Shown in pieces: positions 52,801 through 64,000 of a stretch of DNA of 64,000 nucleotides; the stretch's first letter is position 1; each line of letters starts with the position of its first letter. The stretch covers positions 7,752,001-7,816,000 of the forward strand of contig NC_045698.1 in NCBI RefSeq assembly GCF_009834535.1, given 5' to 3'. The DNA comes from Camelus ferus (Eukaryota). The notes under the pieces are model-generated. The model was not told where the DNA came from. It did no database searches and saw nothing but the letters and a program-made list of their open reading frames with translations. Position numbers and translations under genes: made by a program.

Positions 52801-55800
52801 TAATGGGCCTAGTTAAAGGCTTGTCATTTTATTTATCTTTTCAAAAAAACAGCTCTTGGTTTCATTAATCTTTTCTTGTTTTTATTTTATTTATTTCTGC
52901 TCTGATCTTTATTATTTCCCTCCTTCTGCTGACTTTGGGCTTTGTTCATTATTCTTTTCCTAATTCCTTTACATGGTAGGTTAGATTATTTATTTGATAT
53001 TATTCTTATTTCTTGAGGTAAGCTTGTATCACTATAAACCTCCCTCTTAGAACTGCTTCTGCTGCATCCCATAGATTTTGGAAGTTGTGCTTTTAAGTTT
53101 TTAAGTTCATTTGTCTTGGGATATTTTCTGGTTCCTTTTTTGATTTCTTTCTTGACTGTTTGGCTTTTTAGCAGCATGTTATTTAGTCTCCACGTGTTTG
53201 TTTTCCCCATTTTTCTTTCTGCAGTTAATTTCTAGTTTCATAGTGTTGTGGTTGGAAAAGATACTTGATACAATTTCTATCCTTTTAAATATGTTGAGAT
53301 GTATTTTGTAGCCTAGCATGTAATCTATGTGCACTTGAAAAGAACATTTATTCTGCTTTTTTGGGATTGAATGTCCTGTAGATATCTATTAAGTCCAACT
53401 GGTCTAATGTGTCACTTAAGGCCACTCTTTTCTTACTGATTTTCTGTCTGGATGATCTGTCCATTGATGTAAATGAGGTGTTCAAGTCCCCTACTATTAT
53501 TGTATTATTGTCTATTTCTCCCTTTAAGTCTAGTAATACTTACTTTATATAATTAGGTGCTCCTTTATTGGGTGCATATATGTTAATGAATGTTATATCC
53601 TCTTCTTGTATTGATCCCTTTATCATTATATAATGCCCTCCTTTGTCTTTTGTTACAGACATTGTTTTAAAGTCTACTTTGTCTGATATAAGTATTGCTA
53701 TCCCAGCTTTCCTTTCATTTCCATTTGCAAGGAATATCTTTTCTATCCTCTCACTTTGTCTCTGTGTGCTGTTACCTCTAATGTGAGGTTTTTGTAGGCA
53801 GCATATAGAAGATTTTTTTTCTTTAATCCTATCAGCCACTCTGTATCTTTTGATTGGAACAATTAGTCTATTGACATGTAAAGTGATTATTGTTAGGTAT
53901 GTACTTATTGCCAATTGTTACTTGTTTACTGGTTGTTTTCATAGGTCTTCTGTGTTCTTTTACTCTTCTTGTAGTCACTTCTCTTGTGGTTTAATGATAT
54001 TCTTCAGTACTATGTTTGTATTCCTTTCTGTCTAGTTTTTGTGTATTTATTGTGGGTTTTTGGTGAGTGGTTACCATGTGGTTCATATATGTTGACCTAT
54101 AACTATATCTACTTGTTTTAAATTGATATTCACTTAAGCTCAAACACATTCTAAATGATTTACATTTTTTACTCCCTTCACCCATGTTTGATGTTTTTGA
54201 TGTTATATTTTACATTTTCATGACTGTTCCTTAAATGTTCATTGTAGTTACAGTTGATTTCAAAATTTTTGTCTTTTAATCTTTGTACTGGCTTATTTAA
54301 GTAGTTGATCCTCAGTCCTTTCTATGTATTTGCCTTTCCTAGTCAGATTTTCCTTTTCCTATAGATTCCAACTTCTTTTCCACTTAGAGAAGACCCTTTA
54401 TCATTTCTTTTATTATAGGTTTAGTACTGATGAACTCTTTTAGCTTTTGCTTGTCTGAGAAGTTCTTTATCTCTCCTTCTGTCTAAATGATAACTGTGCT
54501 GTGCAGAGTATCCTCTGTTGTAGGTTTTTTCCTTTCAGTACTTTAAATACATCATGCTACCTTCCTTCTGGCCTGCAAGGTTTCTGCAGAAAAATCAGTT
54601 GATAGCCTTATGGGAGTTCCCTCGTATGTGACTCTTTTTCTATTGCTGCTTTTAGAATTCTCTCTTTAACTTTAACCACTTTGACTATGATATGCCTTGG
54701 TGTGGGTCCCTTTGGGTTTATCTTGTTTGGGACTCTCTGTGATTCCTGTATTTGGATTTGTTTCCTTCATCAGTTTTGGGAAGTTTTCAGCCATAGTTTC
54801 TTCAAATACATTTTCTACCCCTTTATCTCTCTCCTCCTTCTGGGACCCCTGCAATGCAAATGTTAGTATGCTTGATGTTGTCTCACAGGTCACTTAAAAC
54901 TATCCTCATTTAAAAATTTTGTTTTTCTTTTTGCTGTTCTGATTGGGTGATTTCCATTTTTCTATCTTCCAGATCACTTAAGCATTCTTCTGTATCATCT
55001 AGTCTACTGTTATTTCCTTCCAGTATATTTTTCATTTCAGTTATTATTTTCCTCACATCTGACTGGTTATTTTTTATATTTTCTAGTTCCTTGTTAAATT
55101 TCTTGCTGTGTTCATCTATTCTCTTCCCATGTTCAGTTAGCATTCTTATTACTATTGCTTTGAACTCTTTATGTGGTAAATTATTTATCTCTTTTTCATT
55201 AGGGTATTTTAAGGGTCTTTTCTTGTGCTTTCACTTGAAACATATTCTTCTGTCTTCATTTTGTTTAGCTTTCTCTGTCTCTATGAGATTAGATTAAACA
55301 GTTACCTTTCCTGGTCTTGGATGGGAGCATCCCTATGTAATCTGCATGTATTCAGTGGATTTGGTGGGAGAGCTGTATCTGAAGTGAGCATGGATCACTT
55401 CTTCCCCTGGGGTGTGCTGGCAGCTACCACCTTGTTGGGAGGTATGGCTGGAGATGGAAGAATCAGAGCCAGAGCCATGTGTGAACCAGGGCTTCTCCTG
55501 TGCTCAGTGGTGGTTTCCACCCTATCAGGGGCTGGGCCCAGGCCCAAAAGTTCCATTCCCTCTGAGTGTGCCCACTCTCTTTGGCAATGGTGGCCTCTAC
55601 CCTAGTGGAGAGCAGTGCTGGAGCAAGAGGGACTGGAGCAGGTGGCCAGTATGGGCTGGGGTACAATCTGTGACAGTTCCAGTGAGCTGGTCAGAGCCCC
55701 AGATAGTCTTCAATCTGTTGCCTCTGTGTTTATGCTGTTAATGGCTGCCTTTGCTCTGTTCACAGGCAGGGTCAGGTCTGAGCTGGCTCCATTCTAAGTG

Positions 55801-56557
55801 TGTGTACTCTTCTTGGCAACGGCACCTTCACTCTAGTGGAGAGCAGCACTGGAGCAAGAGGGGCTGGCACAGGTTCCCAGTGTGGGCTGTGGTGGCCTTG
55901 GGAAACCAGTAAGAGCCCCAGTTTTCAAGCTGTTTCCACTAGCTGTTCCCAGGAGTAAGCAAGTTTGTGCATGTGCTGTTTTTCTTTTTTTCCCACTTTT
56001 AAATTCAAACAATTTTTTTTACCCCATGTATCAGGGTTGTTGCATTGCCCTTGAAAGGTCAAAGTAGTCACAGTGCCCTGGAACATTCTTGCGGTAGACA
56101 GAAAAATTACCTGCCCAGGACTGTGGCCAGGTGCAGAGTGAGTCTGCGAGTACACATGCTCTTAACAAGCAAAGTCTCAATTTCTTACAGCCCTCCTGTA
56201 AGTCCCACTAGTGTTCGAACCAGGGAAGGGGACTTGTCTTCCCAGTGTCAGATCCCAGGCCTGGAGTGCCCCATATGTGGCTCAAACCCATCATTCCCCA
56301 GAGAGGATCCCTGAGGCTGTGATATCTCTCTCCTCTTCTATGTCCCTTGCTAAGGGGACAGTTCCTGACCCGATCACATCTCCTCCCTTCCTATCAGACT
56401 CTGTGTGTATCTTTCTCTACAGAGTTGGTTGTAAAAGCCTTTCTGCCTGTCTCCAGGTTGTTTTCAGTGAGAGCTGTTCCACATGTAGATGTTTTAATGT
56501 GTTTATGGGTGGAGGTGAGTTCAGTGTCTTCCTACTCCACTATCCTTATCTCCCTCC
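49882..56557 (-). mobile_element. Near full-length, decayed L1 (5'UTR, ORF1, ~450 bp inter-ORF spacer, ORF2, 3'UTR)
   Basis: ORF2 start MAISTYLTIITLHVNRL (53914) with endonuclease motifs (AGIAILISDKVDFK, DKGGHYIMIKGSIQEEDITFINIYAPN); RT fragments ([18 protein letters not shown]); ORF1 fragments (ENVFEETMAENFPKLMK); L1-like 5' terminus GGAGGGAGATAAGGATAGTGGAGTAGGAAGAC. Many stops and frameshifts. Confidence 0.95.
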
Positions 56558-58360
56558 TTCACATTTAGTATTTTTGACTTCGCATTTTATATCTTTTTTG
56601 TTTTGTGTATCCCTTAACTACTTATTATGATTTTACTATCTTTGTTTTTTAACCTTCTTACTAGCTTTATAAGTAGTTTATCTCTACAGTTACTGTATAT
56701 TTGCCTTTATCAGTGAGATTTTTCCTTCGGTAATGTTCATATTTCTAGCTGTGGTCTTTTCTTTTCCACTTAGAGATGTCCTGTTGACATTTCTTATAAA
56801 GCCAGTTTAGTAGTGCTGAATTCTTTTGGCTTTTGGCTTTTGGCTTTAAAACTCTTTCTCTTTCCATCAAATCTGAATGACAGCCTTGGTGGGCAGAGTA
56901 TTCTTGGTTTGTTGAAGTTTTTTTTCCTTTCATTGCTTTGAATATATCATGCCACTCCCTTCTGGCCTGCAAAATTTCTGCTGAAAAGTCATCTGAGAGT
57001 CTAATGGGAATTCTTTTGCATTTAATTAGTTGCTTTCCCCTGCTGCTTTTAAGATTCTCTCTTTATCCTTAATTTTTGCCATCTTAATTACAGTGTATCT
57101 AAGTGTGGACATCTTGGGGTTCATCTTGTTTGGGACTCTGTTGACTTCCTGGATCAGGATGTCTGTTTTCTTTCCCAGGCTAGGGAAGTTTCAGCTATTA
57201 TTCCTTCAAATAAGTTCCTCACCCCTTTCTCTCTCCTCTCTTTTCCTTCTGGACCCCTACAATGCGAATGTTACTATGCTTGATGTTGTTCCAAAGGTAT
57301 CTTAAACTATCCTCATTTTAAAAATTTCTTTGATCTCTTCAGCTCAGATGATTTCCATTACCCTGTCTTCAAGTTTGCTGATCCACTCTTCTGTATCATC
57401 GAATTTACTGTTGATTCTTTCTAGTGTATTTTTATTTCAGTTACTGTATTCTTCAGGTGTATTTGGTTCTTCTTTATATTTTCTAATGTTTGTTAAAGGT
57501 CTCACTGTGTTCATCCATTCTTCTCCTGAGCATCCTTATAATCATTATCTTGAACTCTTTGTTGGGTAGATTGTTTATCTCCACTTAGTTCTTCTTCCGG
57601 GGTTTTATTTTGTTCTTTTATTTGGAACATATTCCTCTGTCGTCTCATTTTGCTTACTTCTCTGTTTTCATTTCCATGTATCATGTAGGTCTGTTACATT
57701 TCTTGATCTTGGAGGAGTTGCCTTATGTAAGAGTTGTCCTGTGGGGCCCAGCAACACGCTCTTCCTCTGAACACCAGACATATATGCTCTAGGGGCACAC
57801 ACTTTGTGAGCTGTGTGGGCCCTTCTTTTGTAGTGGGGCTGACTACTGTGGTGTGTTGGTAGGTGGGGCTGGTCCCTGGCCTGGCTGGCTGCCAGGCACT
57901 GCCTGGTGTGGAGGCTGCTGGCCTGCTGGGGGTGGGGCTATGTCCTGGCACAGCTGGCTGGTCCTCCCAGGACTGGGGCAGGCTGGATGGTAGGCAAGTC
58001 AGCCTCTGGCACTAATAGACTGAGGGAGGACTCCAAAATCATGCTTGCTAGCTCCAGTGTCCTTGTGGGAGAACTAGCTCCCCAAAATGGCTGCTGCTAG
58101 CATCTCTGCCCTCAAGGGGATTCTCAGTTGCCTCTTGCCTCCCTGAGAGGCTCTCCAAGATCAGTAAGCGGGTCTGACCGAGGCTATTCTCAAATGACTG
58201 CCTCTGTGCTCAGTTTCAGAGTGCGTGAGATTTTGCGTGAGCCTTTTAAGAGCAGAGTCTGTTTCCTACAGCCTCCGGCTCTCCCATCCGGGGGTTTGTC
58301 TTCCTGGTGCTGGAGAGCCCGAGGCTCCTTGGGGAGAACCTTTGCAGCTGTGATTATCCT
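56558..58360 (-). mobile_element. Second L1 5' module (partial 5'UTR, ORF1 and part of the inter-ORF spacer) from a diverged subfamily
   Basis: MQARREWHDIFKAMKGK (ORF1 C-terminal domain); colinear with but diverged from 54180-55300; GC-rich 5'UTR-like segment at 57700-58360. Confidence 0.88.
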
Positions 58361-61300
58361 CACATGCTGTTCTTATATAATCAACGATGAACAAGGATTA
58401 AATGCTATGTTTTGCTGTGTTTATCACTGCTAGCTAGATATACGTCTATGACAAAAGTCAAGCAACTCTAGAGGAACATATATTAATATTCAGCAGCGAT
58501 AATAGAGTTGAAACATATTTAGTATGCAAAAATTCCTCTGATACAGTGTAATTTTTTTTGTACTTCTTGCTTAGTTACAAAATAGAGAGAGACTGTGAAT
58601 GTGTAATGAATAGCAGCTTTTAACCTCTCAGTTAAAATGCCAATACATCACAGTGTTATAAAAACTTATGAAGGTCAAAGAAACATTACTTTGTTCTTAG
58701 ACTTTCATTTTGATTCATCCACTAGACCGGTACCATGCAACGTCTACTTGAAAAACTATAACTTTTGATTGAAGGACTTGAACAATTGAGTGCTTCTAAC
58801 GTGACAAGTGTTTATAACCTCAGCCACAAAACACAATTCCTTACTGACAAGTAACAGTTGAGATTGTTAATGGCTTTTCTGTTTTAAGACAAAATACGGT
58901 GACACATTCAACCCTGTTTCCTATATAACTATTAAAATTTGAAAAAACTCAAATGTACTTTTGAAATAGATGGACATGACAAAATGTTCATAATGGGTGT
59001 TTAAAATCATGTGAAAAGAATAAGTTATCAAGACTTCAAACTAGTAAGTATAATACTTCTATGAGTCATGAACGATTACACAATGTCTGATCTTCACCAG
59101 AGTTGTCAAACTAGGGGTGGCTGAGAATTTCAGTTGGTGCAATTCACTGTGGGTGTTCAGCAGGGCTATTTCAGCATCAGGATTCAGAACAACAGTTCCA
59201 ATGGTTGTATTGGCAAGACATGGTGAATTACATGGTTCAAACACACTGTGATGGCAACTTGCCAGACTGACTCACTATCATGGCTTCTTTAAGCTTGTGT
59301 GTATATAGAAATAAAACATATAAATACCTAAAATGGAGAATCATAGCTACACATGTTTTTTCATCTGTGTTTTCTCATGCTATTGCAAATTAAAAGTTTG
59401 AATAATTTTGGAGGGGGGAAGGCGAGTTTGCAAGCATTTTATAAAGTAACTAGAGCAAACTGATACTCCTCCCTTTTCAATGATTAAATCAACTCCAATT
59501 CTGAAAACTCTATTTTCCATAAAGCATTCCTGTTTTATTAAAATATGTCTGGAAGGCCATGCGACTCTCAGTGCTACCAGCATGACAGATTTGAGTGACA
59601 AATGGTGAGTTTGGCGCTAAGATCCAGAGAAATTCTTCTGGATTCATTCTGTTTTAAGAGCAGTGCTTTAAGAAAAGCAATAATCACACTGAAGTGTAGG
59701 TGGGAGATGAAGATATCCCCAGTCATAAAATCTTTGTTTTGATCCCCAAATTAGTCATTATATAGAAAAGAGATAAACCACATAAAAGAATGGATGAGAC
59801 TGATGAAGCAGGAGAACTGTATCTGGGAAGATGCTTGACTCAAACCAGTTCAATACTTCTTATTAATAAATCCATAAATCCAGACTGTTAACAATGGGGG
59901 AAAAAGATAAAGAAAAAAAAGGTATGAAAGAAGTAACTATTCCATAAAGAAATTTTAGTCAATTTAAAGGAATTTTATGAGATTATCTGTAGTGAAAGGA
60001 ACTTCCCATTAACAGTAATCCAAATGGGAACAGACTTAACAGGACCATTTTTTGGATTGGCAACGTGGATATATACTATTTCATAGATGGTTTCCTCAAG
60101 TGAGTTTTTAATTTGTTTAACCAAATAATTTTCTTTGACCATGAGACTGAAAAAGAACATCTTTTCTCTTTAAGGCTCATTTTGCGATGCTTACTGTAAT
60201 AGGGACGGTCACACAGTTGGAAGGAATTAATATGTGCCAAGCCACCTCCCAAAGCTCTATAGTCTTACAATTCAGAGAATATACTTTATTCTTTGAACGT
60301 CTCATGACTGTAGATAAATATACCAGAGTGTTTTTGTGGATTATAGTTTTATTGTGTGTGCATGTGTGTTTGCTTAAGAAAAGCATCAACATACTAACTC
60401 TTAATGCTCAAAACAGGGAAGCATTTCAGTTAGAGATTCCACAGGTCTTCTCAAGCTATATAAATAAGAAAACTATGTGGTTTCCTGCCTATGTAGAAGA
60501 GCATGTTATTGTAAGTACAGTTTTATAAGGTATAATTCTAGCCAACAGTCTACACTGCACAATTATTACATGGGTCCAGTGGGGCTTTCCTACTTGATAT
60601 AGAAAAGTATTCGGATCCCAATACTGAATTGTTGATTGAGCCTATTTGGAGGTCTCAGGGCGCTTAAAAAGAAGCCCTGAGATTCCTTTTGTAATGCAAT
60701 GCTAATACCCTGAATTAAATGAAATGTGAGTATTTCCAAAAAGTCTCAAAGTGCATCGCTCACAGCCTTTAATAATGAAAAAAAATTATTTAGCATTTAG
60801 ATGTAAAGGAATAAGGGGGGCAGAGAATGAAAAGTCAAGAAGTAGACCCTTGATAACAAAAGGTTTACCCTTTTAACCTTATTTGATTACATTGAGGAAC
60901 TTCCAGGAGACGAAGTTTAATTAAGGTTAGTGAATGTGAAATTGACAGCTCGCTGATACACTGACACTCTGGCTTGTGAAGATATGTTTTGGTTGCGTAC
61001 AGTTAAGATAGCACTGATTCTTCAATCAAACCTGGGACATTCCTCTTCGTGGTGGTGTGGTTACTTTGACAGGACCCTCATCTCTCTTTATTCCGTTGGC
61101 ATAAAAGCCCTCCTTCCTCTCTGCCCATCATTCCCTCTGCCTGCAAAATTTCTATTCAGCCTTCAGGGTTTGATTATTACTTGTTCCAGGAAGTATTTTA
61201 AGACAGCCCCTCCCTCAGTTTTGGATTGGAAAGCATGGGCATAGTGACTTGTTAAATGATCCGTCCCATACGCACAGGTGGTGAGGGAGGGTGCTGGGTT

Positions 61301-61749
61301 AGCACCGAGTTCCCTCTGACTCCACACACCCCCTGTGTGATGACTCGCTGGGCAGAACAAAAGGATGTAGATACACCGTCAACACTTGGGCTTGTAACCA
61401 CTGAGGAACAACCGCCACAAAATACCTTCATGTATCCAGGTTGCCTCTCCCACACTGGAGGAACACACTAGTCACTAGACTGGACGCTGGATTGGCAAGT
61501 CTATCTTACCAACATCACAGGAGCCACCAAGTCATGAGTTATTTCTCAAATCAAAATTATCAGTAAAATCAGCTTTCCTTGTGCAGTGGGATGACTGGAA
61601 AGCATCTGCTGTTCTCCTCCTCTCGATTATGCAAGGGCTTTCTAGCGGTGTTCAATAGTGTTATCCGTAACCAGGGGACATCAGGGGCACACTTAGGACC
61701 AATTCTACCAAAACCAATTCTATGTGACACGCTGTCACCGGCTGACTTA

Positions 61750-62325
<576 letters not shown>

Positions 62326-64000
62326 TGATGTCAATGGACTCAAGACCCAGTAGAAGTTAGCTAGAAGTAGGCTCCTGCTTGTTCTTCACCAAAGTCAAGA
62401 AAACATATGGTAGTTCTAACATAACCTCAAAAATGCCCTGAATGGAGGTATGCTGGGACGTGTATTATTTAACAAATAAAAGTCAAAACACAAAAATGTA
62501 TGCATATATGACATCTGCATTCTGGTCCCTACAAAGCAAAGAGAAACTGTTAAAGGAGGGGAGAAAAGCTTGACAAATAATAGATAAAACTAGGGGCCCT
62601 TTGACATGGGGTAACAGGATGATCTGCTTGTCTCTCTGATGGGGATGCTATTGAATGATTCTATCGTATCACATTTACTAATTTGACATTTTACTTCCTG
62701 CGGGAAAAAATTAAATAAAATACAACTTTGTCTCCTTAATTTGCTTTATCCTTATTCATCATGCTCCTCCCAATGACAGAGGTGCTTCCAATGACATCTT
62801 TATGGAGTAAGGGAGTGCTTTACTTCGCAAAGCAACATAAGCGTTACCAATAACCCTGCAAGACAATTAATCCATCCCACCTGCAGATTCCAATGCTGTT
62901 CCATTAATTTACTTCTGGAACTAAGTAAATGAGTGCCTGTAGCAAAGTTGGCTGTTCTTAAATGTTTCAGGTGGAATTGGCACATGTCCAAAGTTAAATT
63001 CCTTCCTTGTCTCCCATCCCCCAAGTAGACATATTTAGGTAGCTCCTGAAAGCCATTTGAAATATTTTTCTTCCACACACGTCTCTAAAGGATAACTTCT
63101 TTTGCTGTTTAATTCTCTGGCACGTGACACTTGAGGGCCGGAAATGGAACCCCATGGGAGGAGGCAATGCCATCTTGATTCCAGGGAGGAAGAAATAAAA
63201 CATAACCTTTGTAATTTTGGTACCTGCTCTTATCCCATGTTTAAGAGGCTTATTTTAGCTTGGACAGAAAAAGAATGCTGATGTCTAAATTACTACAATA
63301 AGAGTGTCATCATTCACTTGATGACAGCTGAAAAATGTCTGACAAAAATGCTTTGCCTGAAAACCCCCAAATGTAGCATATTTATTTTCCAATGACAGCG
63401 TTTAAAACAGACTGGAGATCCTTTGTACAAGAGTAGTCTTCTGAGCAACTTGCTTTATCTATTTATCATTAAATCACACTCAACTCTGGCTAAGAGTTTC
63501 GTTTTGTTGAGCTCAGCACACTGGCGACTTTATCATTAAATCCCACAAACCACTGTCAGACAAACTTGAATTCATTGATGCGAGAAGACGGTGGGTCCTT
63601 CTTTAGCAGGGAAGTGACGGAGGAAGGAAACAGTAAATCCTTTCAATCATCGTGCACACGGGAGCACTCCCACTCCTTAATGAGCACGGAAGACTGGTTT
63701 TGCAACCTTGGATGTTGTCAAGATTGAGAACAAAAACAAGGAGAGGGAGAGGATTCGGCTGCAGCATTTTTTTTTTTTTTAAGATTTTGTTATCTTCCTT
63801 AAAAAAAATTATGACAGACACAGTTTCATAGCTTCCCAACTCGTGAGCCCTGAATGAGAGACAAGGTGTCCCCATAGGGTCCAGGTGGCAGGAACTACCA
63901 CTTCCCCAGAGCAGCCTTTTCGACTTGCCCCAGGGCGTGGTACCAATACCATCGTTTTCCACATGAACCACAGCCTGGAAAAGAGCAGGAGTCACTGCTG

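Noticed and set aside
50277..55143. Endonuclease, reverse transcriptase and ORF1 peptides as an active or domesticated gene
   Set aside because: Fragmented by many stops, frameshifts and small deletions; a dead L1.
49873..58365. ttatcct at both ends of the composite L1 as a TSD
   Set aside because: Only 7 bp, probably part of the L1 5'UTR itself, and a poor endonuclease-site context.

Overview
Mammalian genomic DNA, most likely camelid because it carries a Vic-1-type tRNA-derived SINE at ~24.0 kb. The window holds the 3' end of CTNND2 (delta-catenin/NPRAP) on the minus strand. Six coding exons (61961-61751, 47837-47753, 25031-24905, 20805-20674, 15197-15124, 7842-7582) have canonical GT-AG sites and matching phases, and splice into an open frame ending in the PDZ-binding motif ...SPDSWV*. 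A ~1.6 kb 3'UTR and ~6 kb of downstream flank follow. The rest is intron filled with L1, L2, L3/CR1, MIR, MER5/MER20/MER58 DNA transposons, MaLR and ERV1 LTRs, and microsatellites. Nearly all other listed ORFs are chance or repeat-derived. I see no evidence of a new multi-gene system. The most notable oddities are an L1 fragment inserted inside a CTNND2 3' splice site, a composite L1 with two ORF1/5'UTR modules, a candidate 5-nt stop microexon, an exact telomeric G4 22-mer inside a MER5, a promoter-like motif cluster and a 38-bp dispersed duplication. Repeat family names and human comparisons come from recalled sequences, not database searches, and repeat boundaries are approximate unless a TSD is given.
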